Virus record (IMG/VR): IMGVR_UViG_3300037156_000120
Span: 1 to 58,547 of that record
Length of the DNA stretch: 58,547 bases
Origin: a virus
Lineage: Duplodnaviria; Caudoviricetes
Strand: one strand, 5' to 3'
Part shown: in pieces, positions 34,938 through 44,034 of the stretch
How positions within the stretch are numbered: the stretch's first letter is position 1
Layout of the letters: each line of letters starts with the position of its first letter
Notes under the pieces: generated by a model
Databases searched by the model: none
Told to the model about the DNA's origin: nothing
What the model saw: only the letters and a program-made list of their open reading frames with translations
Program-made: the position numbers and the translations under genes

Positions 34938-35135
34938 ATGGCTAAACTTACGAGCAAAGGTCGCAACAGTCTTCCGGCTAAAGATTTCGCTGGGCCAAAG
35001 CGTTCGTTTCCTATCCCAGATGCCAGTCATGCTCGGAATGCTTTGGCGCGCGTTGCCAACAAAAGCCCGGCAGTCAAGGCTGAAGTCAGATCAGCTGTTC
35101 ACCGGAAATTTCCCGGCATCAATGGCGGGAAGTAA
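34938..35135 (+). CDS. Small basic protein (DUF6582-like)
   Basis: R..LP...FA...R.FPI.D..HARNALAR; AGGAG RBS. Confidence 0.75.
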   Translation: MAKLTSKGRNSLPAKDFAGPKRSFPIPDASHARNALARVANKSPAVKAEVRSAVHRKFPGINGGK

Positions 35136-35161
35136 TTCCGTAACGCAGAGTTTTTGAGCAG

Positions 35162-35677
35162 ATGTCGAACGAAGACCTTGTTGATCACGCTGTTGATGAC
35201 GAGCAAGAACTTGTTGAAACAAAGGCTTTAAGCCCGCGTCATGAGCTTTTCTGCAAGACTTATGTGAGCAATGGCGGCAACGCGACACGAGCCTATATCG
35301 CGTGCGGCTATTCGCCTGATGGCGCGATACAAAATGCCAGTCGCTTGATGACCAACGATAACGTAACGAAGCGAATTGCAGAATTGCAGGGCAAAGTCCA
35401 TCAGCGCACTGAGATGACTTTGGAAAAAACTCTTCAGGAGATTGCTGCTGTTGCGCAGTTTGATCAGCGAAAACTCTTCTATGAAGATGGCACACCAGTG
35501 CCGCGCCACTTGCTTGACGACGACACGTCAGCTGCGATTTCGCATGAAGGAAAAAACGGCATCGTGCCGTTCAACAAATTGTCTGCGCTCGACATGTCGA
35601 TGAAATATCTGGGCGCGTACGAGAAAGACAATTCGCAGAAGAGCAGCAATCTTGCGATTCAGATCATTCTGGAGTGA
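35162..35677 (+). CDS. terS: Terminase small subunit
   Basis: FC..YV....NATRAYI..GYS...A...ASRLM; K..ALD...KYLG. Confidence 0.9.
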   Translation: MSNEDLVDHAVDDEQELVETKALSPRHELFCKTYVSNGGNATRAYIACGYSPDGAIQNASRLMTNDNVTKRIAELQGKVHQRTEMTLEKTLQEIAAVAQFDQRKLFYEDGTPVPRHLLDDDTSAAISHEGKNGIVPFNKLSALDMSMKYLGAYEKDNSQKSSNLAIQIILE

Positions 35678-36180
35678 GCGATATGGCCGGGCTGTGGGAT
35701 TTGATCAAAGATAAAGTATCGGCGCTGACGTCGATCGCCAACGACGAGATTCAGGAAGCAACAGATCCTGTGCGCGGCGCGCCGATCAGGACGCGCAGGA
35801 CTGAAGGCTTGAAGTTTGCGCCCGTCAATCGTTCTGCTTATCTCGAGCTGGAGAACGGCGGCTCGATTGAATTCGTCGGCGAGGCCGAAGATCTTGTGTC
35901 GCAGCTCGATCTCGAAAACCCGAACTTGGATCTCGTGACTGAAGACGCGCCAGCGTACACGTTCACTGCCGATCTGCCTGCAGAGCCAGCGCGCAAGCTT
36001 GGCTGCACTGATGGCCGCGGCAAGATCGCGCGTGAGATCAAGAAGCGGGAAGAAGGTGATCGATCGAAAGGTGGCAGGCCGCGCAAGTTTGCGTCGAATG
36101 CTGAACGTCAGGCGGCGTATCGCTTGCGTGAAGCGATCAAGGCGTTGCCGCCGCTGCCTCACACGCGCAAAAACAAATGA
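35674..36180 (+). CDS. Hypothetical protein with AT-hook/basic helix
   Basis: KGGRPRKFASNAERQAAYRLR; coupled to both terS and terL. Confidence 0.7.
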   Translation: MSDMAGLWDLIKDKVSALTSIANDEIQEATDPVRGAPIRTRRTEGLKFAPVNRSAYLELENGGSIEFVGEAEDLVSQLDLENPNLDLVTEDAPAYTFTADLPAEPARKLGCTDGRGKIAREIKKREEGDRSKGGRPRKFASNAERQAAYRLREAIKALPPLPHTRKNK

Positions 36181-37628
36181 ACAACCGAGATCTCGTCGAC
36201 GATGACGGGCCCATGTTCGATCTCACGCGCGATGATATGCCGCGTGATGGTGACAAGCCGCTCGGCATGCTGCGTGGTGATCTGGGCGAGAACCGGCCGC
36301 GCCAGATCGTCCAGATCAGATTGCCGAAGCGATGCGGTTTCCTCATGGAGATGCATCGCTTCAAGGTGCTGCATGGTGGCCGCGGCGGCGGCAAGTCGTG
36401 GGCGGTTGCTGATGCATTGCTGGCGCTCGGCGCCGCGCAGGAGCTGCGCATCCTGTGCGCACGCGAGATTCAGGATTCGATCAAGCAGTCCGTGCATAAG
36501 CTGCTGTCTGATCGCATTGCAGCGCTTGGTTTGGGCGCGTTCTACAAGATCCTCGACAACGAGATCCGCGGCGTCAACGGCACCGAGATCACCTTCACTG
36601 GTCTTGGCCGCCACACCGCGGAATCGATCAAGTCGTTCGAAGGCATCGACATCGTCTGGATCGAAGAGGCGCAGACCGTTGCTGAGCGTAGCTGGGCGAT
36701 TCTCATCCCGACGATACGCGCCAAGAACAGCGAGATCTGGGTCACGTTCAATCCGGACATGGACACGGATCCTGTGTGGCAGCGCTTCATCGTCAACAGG
36801 CCGACCGACGAGGCGCCATTCGATTGCGTCGTGGTCGAGATCAACTGGAACAACAACAAGCATTTTCCCGAGGTGCTCGATCGTGAGCGCAAGCACTGCA
36901 AGAAAGTCTCGCCAGACGATTACGACAACATCTGGGAAGGCAAGTGCCGCACCTCGATTGCCGGTGCCATCTACGCGCGTGAGCTCAACGAGATGGACAT
37001 CACGCAGCGCATTAGGCCGATGCCGTACGATCCGCGTTATCCCGTGCATTGCATCTGGGATCTGGGCTGGAATGACGCGATGACTGTGGTGATGGTGCAG
37101 AAGCCGCAGCCGTCGGTGGCCAACATCATCAACTATTTCGAAGATAGCTTTCAGCGCTATGACGAGGTGATCAGGGATCTGCGCTTGCTCAATTACAATT
37201 GGGGTTGGGACTGGTTGCCGCACGATAGTAGTCACACCAATCCAATCACGGGCACGAATGCCTTCATTACACTGAAGCGGCTGGGTCGGTGCGTGAAGCC
37301 GCCTATGGAACGCACGGATCCAGAGGCGCGCATCAGGGCAGCGCGCATGATGTTTCCGCGCATTTACATTGATCCGTCAGTGTTCAAGCGCGGAACTGGA
37401 TGGCTTGGCGGCGCCAGGTTGATCGAATGCCTTCGCCACTATCGTCGCAGCGTGCCGCAAACAACCGGCGAGCCGGGATCGCCGCGGCATGATGAATATT
37501 GTCACGGGGCAGACGCATTTGGCGCGACCGCAGAGGTGATCGATCAGATCGTCAACGATGCTGACGTGGTGCGCCGCGCGCTGCCTGTCTATAGCAACTC
37601 AGACCCAACGATGGGTTTACTTGGGTGA
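36177..37628 (+). CDS. terL: Terminase large subunit (PBSX-like)
   Basis: GGRGGGKS Walker A, WIEEAQ Walker B, TFNP, WDLG and HGADAF nuclease motifs. Confidence 0.95.
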   Translation: MNNRDLVDDDGPMFDLTRDDMPRDGDKPLGMLRGDLGENRPRQIVQIRLPKRCGFLMEMHRFKVLHGGRGGGKSWAVADALLALGAAQELRILCAREIQDSIKQSVHKLLSDRIAALGLGAFYKILDNEIRGVNGTEITFTGLGRHTAESIKSFEGIDIVWIEEAQTVAERSWAILIPTIRAKNSEIWVTFNPDMDTDPVWQRFIVNRPTDEAPFDCVVVEINWNNNKHFPEVLDRERKHCKKVSPDDYDNIWEGKCRTSIAGAIYARELNEMDITQRIRPMPYDPRYPVHCIWDLGWNDAMTVVMVQKPQPSVANIINYFEDSFQRYDEVIRDLRLLNYNWGWDWLPHDSSHTNPITGTNAFITLKRLGRCVKPPMERTDPEARIRAARMMFPRIYIDPSVFKRGTGWLGGARLIECLRHYRRSVPQTTGEPGSPRHDEYCHGADAFGATAEVIDQIVNDADVVRRALPVYSNSDPTMGLLG

Positions 37629-37903
37629 ACAACAACAGCAAGGAGAAGACCATGGACAAATATGTTGCGCGTGTTTTCAAAGCGGTGAATGCGGATTTTG
37701 ACGTGAAGAGGGCGACGTTCTATCTGTCACCAAGCACGACGATAAAGATCACGCGCCAACGTCGCGGGCGCGCCTCGCGCCAGACCTATCTGCTCACGGT
37801 CGGCACCGCCAATTACCTCGAGCACAAATTCATCAAGACTTGCAAGAAGGCGGGTGAAGCTTTCCCGGTTAAGAAGATCCAGTTGCAGCGCTATCGGAGC
37901 TGA
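37625..37903 (+). CDS. Hypothetical basic protein
   Basis: AGGAG RBS before MDKYVAR. Confidence 0.6.
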   Translation: MNNNSKEKTMDKYVARVFKAVNADFDVKRATFYLSPSTTIKITRQRRGRASRQTYLLTVGTANYLEHKFIKTCKKAGEAFPVKKIQLQRYRS

Positions 37904-37907
37904 CACG

Positions 37908-38126
37908 ATGAGCGACGAAGCGAAAGTCATATCGATGCTTGGCGTGCGGTTGAATTCGCTCGCTGGGTTGATCGTCGACCAGACCATCGCTGACTGCGTC
38001 GGGCGCTATACTCACATCGTGATCATCGGCAAGCTGCCGGACGGTTCGATCGAAGCGAACAGCCCGCATACGTGCGAGACTGCGCTCTGGATGCTCGAGC
38101 GCGCCAAGAAGATCGTGATGGATTAG
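37908..38126 (+). CDS. Hypothetical protein
   Basis: GGAG RBS; ...IIG...G...ALWMLERAK pattern. Confidence 0.6.
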   Translation: MSDEAKVISMLGVRLNSLAGLIVDQTIADCVGRYTHIVIIGKLPDGSIEANSPHTCETALWMLERAKKIVMD

Positions 38127-38256
38127 CGTTACAAAACTTGAAGGCTCTTGCGAACTGCCACGAATTTGATCATGACGGTTAATCAAGCGTGTCGTGGCTG
38201 GTGCGTTCTGGAACGCCGAGAGGCTGTCCCAACCCTTTGATGGAAGCCAGTGTCTC

Positions 38257-40080
38257 ATGGGATTCAAGAATCGCGATCGTGTATGGGAGAACACTTCGTC
38301 GAGCGCATTGCTCGACTTCGTTCTCGCTGGCGCGATCGGATCGCCTTACGAAGCGTTCAACGCTACCGGCAATTATTCTGACGGCGACACGTTCAAGTAT
38401 TGCGCCTTTGCTGATGCGCAGTGGGAAACAGCCACTGGCACTTACGTCGCCGCAGGCAATAAGGTCACGCGACCAGCCACTGTCGACGAGAATTCTCTCG
38501 GCACCACAGCCAAGATCAACTTCGCGTCGCCGCCGCAGATCTTCGTCACCTTCACCGCGGGCTTTGCGCAGCTGCTGATCGGCAGCGCGACTGGCAGTCT
38601 GCTGACATCGGCTAATGGTGGCCTGCCGTCATGGACGGCGCTCGGCACTGGCGTGCTGACTGCTCTCACCAACACGGCGGGCGCTGCGGGCGGATTTGCT
38701 ACCTACTCATCTCTCGGGACTGCGGCGTTCACTGCGTCGTCTGCTTATGACGTTGCTGGGGCTGCTGCTGCCGTCACGCCTACAACACTCGGCTTGGTCA
38801 TCGGAACGAACACGCAAGCCTATGCGGCGAACCTGACGACCTGGGCCGGGAAAACGCCTTACGCCGGAACCGTCACTGTCACAACTGGTAAGACCGGCAA
38901 CTTTACGAATTCCATTACGATCTCAGGAACTGATAGTTCGACTCTGAATGTCGGGACTGGTGGCACGCTTGGCACGGCTGCCTACACGGCATCGTCTGCC
39001 TATGACGTCGCGGGTGCGGCGGTAACACCCACTACGCTCGGTCTGGTCATCGGAACAAACACGCAAGCCTACAACGCCAATCTGACGGCGATAAACCAGG
39101 CGCTTACCACCACATCAAGTCCGTCATTCACGACTGTCACGGCGGCGCTGACAGGCCACGCATCGCTTGATCTGGCGTTTGCTGGCGGCACGATCAGCGG
39201 CACCGTCACCGGCCCAGACAGCGGGACTTGGACTTCCGGTGGTCTAAACAATGTCGCCAAGCAAAGCGTTATTATCAACGGCGGCTTTACTATAAACCAG
39301 CGCACCTACGTGTCCGCCGCGACTCTCGCCGCAGGTGCTTACGGGCATGATCGCTGGAAGGCGGGAGCGAGTGGCGGCAATTACTCCTTCACCCAACTCA
39401 AGAGTTCGACAGCGATCACCATTGCGACCAGCAAGTCTCTGATCCAAGTTGTCGAGGATGTAGATGTCGTAGGCGGCACATATACGCTGTCATGGACAGG
39501 CACCGCGACGGCACGCTGCACCATCAACAGTGCAACGCCTTCAGGTAACTTCGCCGTCAGTCCAATAACCGTGACTGGGCAGACGGCAGGCACTACGATG
39601 TCTGTAGAGTTTACTGGCGCGAATGCCGCCGGTGGAAGCTCCGTCGCGACGAACGCCGGGACACTCGGCACTGTCAAGCTCGAAACTGGCTCTGTCGCCA
39701 CGCCTTATGTCGAGGATGTTTACTCGGTGCTGTTGGAGAAGTGTCTGCGATATTGTTCGATGTATATCGCGGCTGCAAATACTGGTGTGGTCGGACCAGC
39801 ACCGATAGGTTTTGCAATATCAACGACCATTATCATATTTCGGGGCTCCTATGTAGTCCCTATGCGGACGGTCCCGACACTACTTACATCGGCAGGTTTG
39901 CAAGTGACGGGGAACCTAGGAACCGCGACGCCGTCTTCTATTGTTATAGCGAATGATGCGTCAGGACTGTTGTTTTCTATAAACGCAACGCTTGGCTCGC
40001 CTACGACAGCAGGGGCATCATTCGCTCTAATCGGTACGACAGCTAACTCTGACTATCTGCTACTGACAGCGGAACTTTGA
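38257..40080 (+). CDS. Tail fibre / receptor-binding protein
   Basis: DRVWE N-terminus, GLVIGTNTQAY repeats, IINGGF.INQR...DRWK, VKLETGSVATPY, C.RY, MRTVPT. Confidence 0.85.
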   Translation: MGFKNRDRVWENTSSSALLDFVLAGAIGSPYEAFNATGNYSDGDTFKYCAFADAQWETATGTYVAAGNKVTRPATVDENSLGTTAKINFASPPQIFVTFTAGFAQLLIGSATGSLLTSANGGLPSWTALGTGVLTALTNTAGAAGGFATYSSLGTAAFTASSAYDVAGAAAAVTPTTLGLVIGTNTQAYAANLTTWAGKTPYAGTVTVTTGKTGNFTNSITISGTDSSTLNVGTGGTLGTAAYTASSAYDVAGAAVTPTTLGLVIGTNTQAYNANLTAINQALTTTSSPSFTTVTAALTGHASLDLAFAGGTISGTVTGPDSGTWTSGGLNNVAKQSVIINGGFTINQRTYVSAATLAAGAYGHDRWKAGASGGNYSFTQLKSSTAITIATSKSLIQVVEDVDVVGGTYTLSWTGTATARCTINSATPSGNFAVSPITVTGQTAGTTMSVEFTGANAAGGSSVATNAGTLGTVKLETGSVATPYVEDVYSVLLEKCLRYCSMYIAAANTGVVGPAPIGFAISTTIIIFRGSYVVPMRTVPTLLTSAGLQVTGNLGTATPSSIVIANDASGLLFSINATLGSPTTAGASFALIGTTANSDYLLLTAEL

Positions 40081-40089
40081 GGAAGAAAG

Positions 40090-40350
40090 ATGAGCAGTTA
40101 TCAGTTAATCGAATCAAGTTTCCCACCTTCTGTGCTTCCGACCTCTGTTACAAGAGAATTAGACCGGGCTAGTATCCCTCTTGCACAAGACAATTGCGAT
40201 TGCGTCCAGTTCCTTGCAGACTGGAAAGCTGGCACTAAGGTAACAAACGCGGACGGCTCTCCGGCGCCATACAGCGACGACGCAGTGCGTGCGCTTGGGT
40301 TGGCGCTGGAAACTATCCAAACGCCAACAGTTATTGCGGTTGCGTCCTGA
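40090..40350 (+). CDS. Putative fibre-associated/assembly protein
   Basis: IP...DN.D...FL..W..G pattern directly after the fibre gene. Confidence 0.6.
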   Translation: MSSYQLIESSFPPSVLPTSVTRELDRASIPLAQDNCDCVQFLADWKAGTKVTNADGSPAPYSDDAVRALGLALETIQTPTVIAVAS

Positions 40351-40581
40351 TGTTCGGGTTTTCCTGCTTTAGCGCTTCGCCGTTCGGGGATACCGGCATA
40401 GTGGTGGGGCCGATAGGCCTCTTCGAAGAATTTTTGTATTTCTGCCGTCATCGCGGCAGGCGATGAAACGTAACGCATTACAAACTTGCGTCTTGACATT
40501 GCTTTGGATTAGATGAAGGCCGATTGATTTGCTTTCGTGCCGTCGTGATGACGCCACAGACCCGTTGATGGAGATCCGCGC

Positions 40582-40947
40582 ATGGCCGTGATCAAGCCTA
40601 CTATTACAGCCGTTGGCCGTGGTGACGGCTCGACGCTTCAAGCCATCTGGACGCCGGTAACCGAGGCGGATTCGTGCGCCGCGATCAGCTACCCAGAGTG
40701 TAGCGACAAATCCATCCAGGCCATCGGCACGTTCGGCGGCAGTTCGGTTGCCCTTAACGGCAGCAATTACGGCACCACTTACGCCGCTCTGCGAGATCCT
40801 GGCGGCACCACGATCGCCTTGTCATCGGCCGGCATCAAGGCCGTGCTGGAAAACACCACAGCGATCCAGCCGTCGATAACTGGTGGCACCAACCAATCCC
40901 TCACCATCGCGATGCTTCTCCACCTCACTAACCCCTTGAGGCAATAA
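40582..40947 (+). CDS. Virion beta-rich protein
   Basis: GTFGG..V.L.GSN.G motif; GGAG RBS. Confidence 0.65.
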   Translation: MAVIKPTITAVGRGDGSTLQAIWTPVTEADSCAAISYPECSDKSIQAIGTFGGSSVALNGSNYGTTYAALRDPGGTTIALSSAGIKAVLENTTAIQPSITGGTNQSLTIAMLLHLTNPLRQ

Positions 40948-40949
40948 CC

Positions 40950-41498
40950 ATGTCGAACTTAACTGATGCCGCAGACGTAGCCCTTCAGCTTGGTGACAGG
41001 CTCCAGGCGTTTGTCACCGTGGCGAATGCCCTGAAGACCCTTGGCTCCATCGACACCGCCACTGCCGAGCGTAAGCAGGGTCTGATCGATGCTGTTGCCG
41101 CCCATCAAGCCATGCTGGCGCAGATCACGGTGGCGCAAGCCGATCTTGATACCGTCGAGGCAACGAATGCCGCAAACATTCAGGACGCCAAAAACAAAAT
41201 TGCTGATCTGCAGGCTGAAGCTGAAAAAGAAGCCGACGACGTTCGCGCCAAGGCCGCGCAGGACGCGGCCACCATGCTTGCCAATGCCCAAGAAGAACAC
41301 AACATCGCCATGGCCAGTTATAAGGAGAGAATTGCTGCCGCGTCCGCGCAACTCGTGAACGCCAACAGCGCCCTTGCACAAGCGCAAAGCGACCGCGCCG
41401 CCGCCCAGACGGATCTCGCTGCCTTGCAGACGCAGCGCGATGATATCGCAAAGCAGATCGACGACCTCAAAGCCGCCGCCCGTAATGTTTTGGCATAG
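40950..41498 (+). CDS. Coiled-coil protein
   Basis: Ala/Gln-rich heptads. Confidence 0.75.
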   Translation: MSNLTDAADVALQLGDRLQAFVTVANALKTLGSIDTATAERKQGLIDAVAAHQAMLAQITVAQADLDTVEATNAANIQDAKNKIADLQAEAEKEADDVRAKAAQDAATMLANAQEEHNIAMASYKERIAAASAQLVNANSALAQAQSDRAAAQTDLAALQTQRDDIAKQIDDLKAAARNVLA

Positions 41499-41507
41499 GA
41501 GATCACG

Positions 41508-41912
41508 ATGAGCATATTTCCGGCCTTTAATTCGACAGTGAAGCCGCTTAGTGCCCGCATTCTCGCGGCCTGGGATCGCTGGCTCACCGACCCGGTGACG
41601 GGCGCAATCGTCGGTGTGAAGAATCCGAACGCCAACGGCGCCGATGCGCGCTTCATTCCCGTCGATCTTACGGCAGACCAGATCGCCGCGCCGACCGCGG
41701 CCATGCTCGCGGATATCGACGCCACCTATCGCCTGAATGTCGCGCCCTACACAAGATATCAATCGGACGGCACGAATTTAGTTCTGGCGGGCGGCAGCAC
41801 GGCAGACGTGATCGTTCCGGCTGGCTACAGCGTCATGTACTACGCGCCTCTCACGATCACGCAGCAGCTTGTCGTTCAGGGACAGGTCACTGTGCAGAAT
41901 CTCCCGGCATAA
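41508..41912 (+). CDS. Hypothetical virion protein
   Basis: AGGAG RBS; in the structural operon. Confidence 0.7.
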   Translation: MSIFPAFNSTVKPLSARILAAWDRWLTDPVTGAIVGVKNPNANGADARFIPVDLTADQIAAPTAAMLADIDATYRLNVAPYTRYQSDGTNLVLAGGSTADVIVPAGYSVMYYAPLTITQQLVVQGQVTVQNLPA

Positions 41913-41951
41913 ACATCACCCCATCACCCCAACACAAAGGATTCCAATCCC

Positions 41952-43499
41952 ATGGCTTCAACTGCATCCGCGATTATCACTCCGAATGCCCTCAAAGGTC
42001 AGCCGGGCTCTGCTGATGCTGGCGGCGCGATGGCTGTTACTGGCGGCGTCGGTGGCGCAACCAACAATGCTGGCGGCGCGACGTCGCTGACCGGCGGCGC
42101 GGGCGCCGGTACCGGCGCTGGTGGCGCGTCAACCGTCACTGGCGGTGCGAGCGGAGCAGGCGCCACTGGCGCAGGCGGTGCCGCGACGATCACGGGCGGC
42201 GCTGCTGCTTCCACCAATGATGTCGGCGGCGTCGCATCGCTGGTCGGCGGCGCGGGCAACGGCACGGGCAACGGCGCTGCTGCCGTGATTGCTGGCGGTG
42301 TCGGCGGTGCGACTTCAGGTATCGGTGGCGCTGTCACAGCCACGGGCGGCACAGGTGGAACGTCGGCGGGCGCTGGCGGCGCCGTCACGCTTCTGGGCGG
42401 CACGGCAACGGCTGCCGCGACTGCGGGCGGCGCGGTGTCGATGACAGGCGGAACGTCCACAACTTCCGCAGCTGGCGCGACCGCAAGAGTGGCCGGTGGC
42501 GTCGGCGGAACGACCGGTGCAGGCGGCGCGGTTACGGTTGTCGGCGGCGTCGGTGGCTCAACTTCCGGAGCAGGCGGCGCGGTAAACGTTACGGGCGGCG
42601 CCTCTGCCGCCACGGCTGGCACGGGCGGTGCAGTTACGATCGTTGCCGGTGTCGGCACGACTACGGGCGCTGGCGGCGCGGTTTCCGTAACGACCGGCGC
42701 GGGCGGCACGTCCGGCCTGTCCGGCACGATGACGCTGGCGACTGGCGCGGGCGGCACGACTTCCGCTTCCGGCGCGATCACCATCCAATCCGGCGCGGTC
42801 ACCGCGGGCGCGGGCGCGGCTTCGGGCGCCATCACCATCACGTCGGCGGCTGGCGCGACCGGCACGACCGGCACGGCGGGCGGCGCGTCTGGCGCACTCA
42901 CCATCGGCAGCAATGCTGGCGGCACGTCCGGCACGTCGACCGGCGGCGCGGGCGGTGCCCTCGCACTCTCGACCGGAGCGGGTGGCGCGGTTGTCACCTC
43001 GACCGGCACGGGCGGAGCGGGCGGTGCTCTCTCCATCGTGGCTGGCGCAGGCGGCGGCACCAATGCCGTGGTCGGCGGCGCGGGCGGCAACGTCACCATC
43101 ACGGCGGGCGCTGGCGCAACCGGCTCAACCACTGGCGGCGCGGCTGGCACGGTCGTCATCACGGCGGGCGCGGCTGGTTCCGGCAGCAACGTCAACGGCG
43201 GCAATATCGACTTGGTGCCTGGCGCTGTCAGCGCCACGGCGCTCAATGGTCATGTCCGCATCGCGCCTTCCGTCGCGACAGCTTCTGGCGGTGTCTCGGC
43301 TGGCACCATCGCGTCGCGCCTCGGTTTGCTGTTCGGCTCGACGGCTGGCTTCGGCATCTACGCTGGTACCGGCACGCCGACGCTCACCGCTGCGCAGGGT
43401 TCGCTCTATCTCAATGCTGCGGGCTCAAGCACCAGCACACGTTTATACGTAAATTCGGACGGCGGAACTACCTGGGTAGCGATGACGTCCGCGTCGTAA
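41952..43499 (+). CDS. Glycine-rich repeat fibre-like protein
   Basis: Many 15-17-aa repeats of GGxxxxxxAGGAVx(V/I); C-terminal G.P...A..GSLYL...LYVN.DG.T.W. Confidence 0.8.
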   Translation: MASTASAIITPNALKGQPGSADAGGAMAVTGGVGGATNNAGGATSLTGGAGAGTGAGGASTVTGGASGAGATGAGGAATITGGAAASTNDVGGVASLVGGAGNGTGNGAAAVIAGGVGGATSGIGGAVTATGGTGGTSAGAGGAVTLLGGTATAAATAGGAVSMTGGTSTTSAAGATARVAGGVGGTTGAGGAVTVVGGVGGSTSGAGGAVNVTGGASAATAGTGGAVTIVAGVGTTTGAGGAVSVTTGAGGTSGLSGTMTLATGAGGTTSASGAITIQSGAVTAGAGAASGAITITSAAGATGTTGTAGGASGALTIGSNAGGTSGTSTGGAGGALALSTGAGGAVVTSTGTGGAGGALSIVAGAGGGTNAVVGGAGGNVTITAGAGATGSTTGGAAGTVVITAGAAGSGSNVNGGNIDLVPGAVSATALNGHVRIAPSVATASGGVSAGTIASRLGLLFGSTAGFGIYAGTGTPTLTAAQGSLYLNAAGSSTSTRLYVNSDGGTTWVAMTSAS

Positions 43500-43511
43500 T
43501 CTGAAAACCGC

Positions 43512-43533
43512 GCCGGGGCGGCTCCCCGGTTTT
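43512..43533 (+). terminator. Intrinsic terminator
   Basis: CCGGGG-CGGCT-CCCCGG-TTTTT. Confidence 0.7.
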
Positions 43534-43554
43534 TACTTCTTGAGGACCGCAAGA

Positions 43555-44034
43555 ATGACAATGAAACTTAAAGTTCAGCACATAATGGATGCGACGCTAA
43601 TCTTGTCGCAGATCATCCGCGAAGACAGGCCGATGCCGCAGAAGGGCAAGTATCGTCTTGCTCGCATGCATCCCAAGCTCAATGCCGAGTTCATGATCAT
43701 CAATACCAGGCGCGATGAGATGATCACGGCCTACAACCACCACGGGATGATTCCGAATCCGGAGAACAATCTGACCGACGAGGCGCGCGAAGCCATGGTC
43801 GCTGCTGGTCATCTCGACAAGCTGCCGCCCAAGGAAATCGAGGATCCGCAATTCTCGGTGCCCGCCGATAAGCTCGCCGAATTCCAGGCCGCGTGGAAGG
43901 AAATCGCCGAGTCGGAAATCGAAGTCGACGTGCAGCCGTTGCCGCTCGACCAGATCGTCTTCCCCGGCGATCTCGACAACGGCAGCATCACTGCTCATGA
44001 GTTCATTATTCTCGGTGATTTGGTAGTCGAATGA
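43555..44034 (+). CDS. Hypothetical protein
   Basis: GAGG RBS; ATGA overlap with the portal gene. Confidence 0.7.
   Translation: MTMKLKVQHIMDATLILSQIIREDRPMPQKGKYRLARMHPKLNAEFMIINTRRDEMITAYNHHGMIPNPENNLTDEAREAMVAAGHLDKLPPKEIEDPQFSVPADKLAEFQAAWKEIAESEIEVDVQPLPLDQIVFPGDLDNGSITAHEFIILGDLVVE

Noticed and set aside
36159-37235. Long antisense ORFs over terL, polA, portal and the giant gene
   Set aside because: Expected shadows in GC-rich coding DNA; no recognisable motifs
41999-43246. 415-aa Pro-rich ORF on the - strand
   Set aside because: Antisense shadow of the GGC-rich repeat gene; no RBS or operon context
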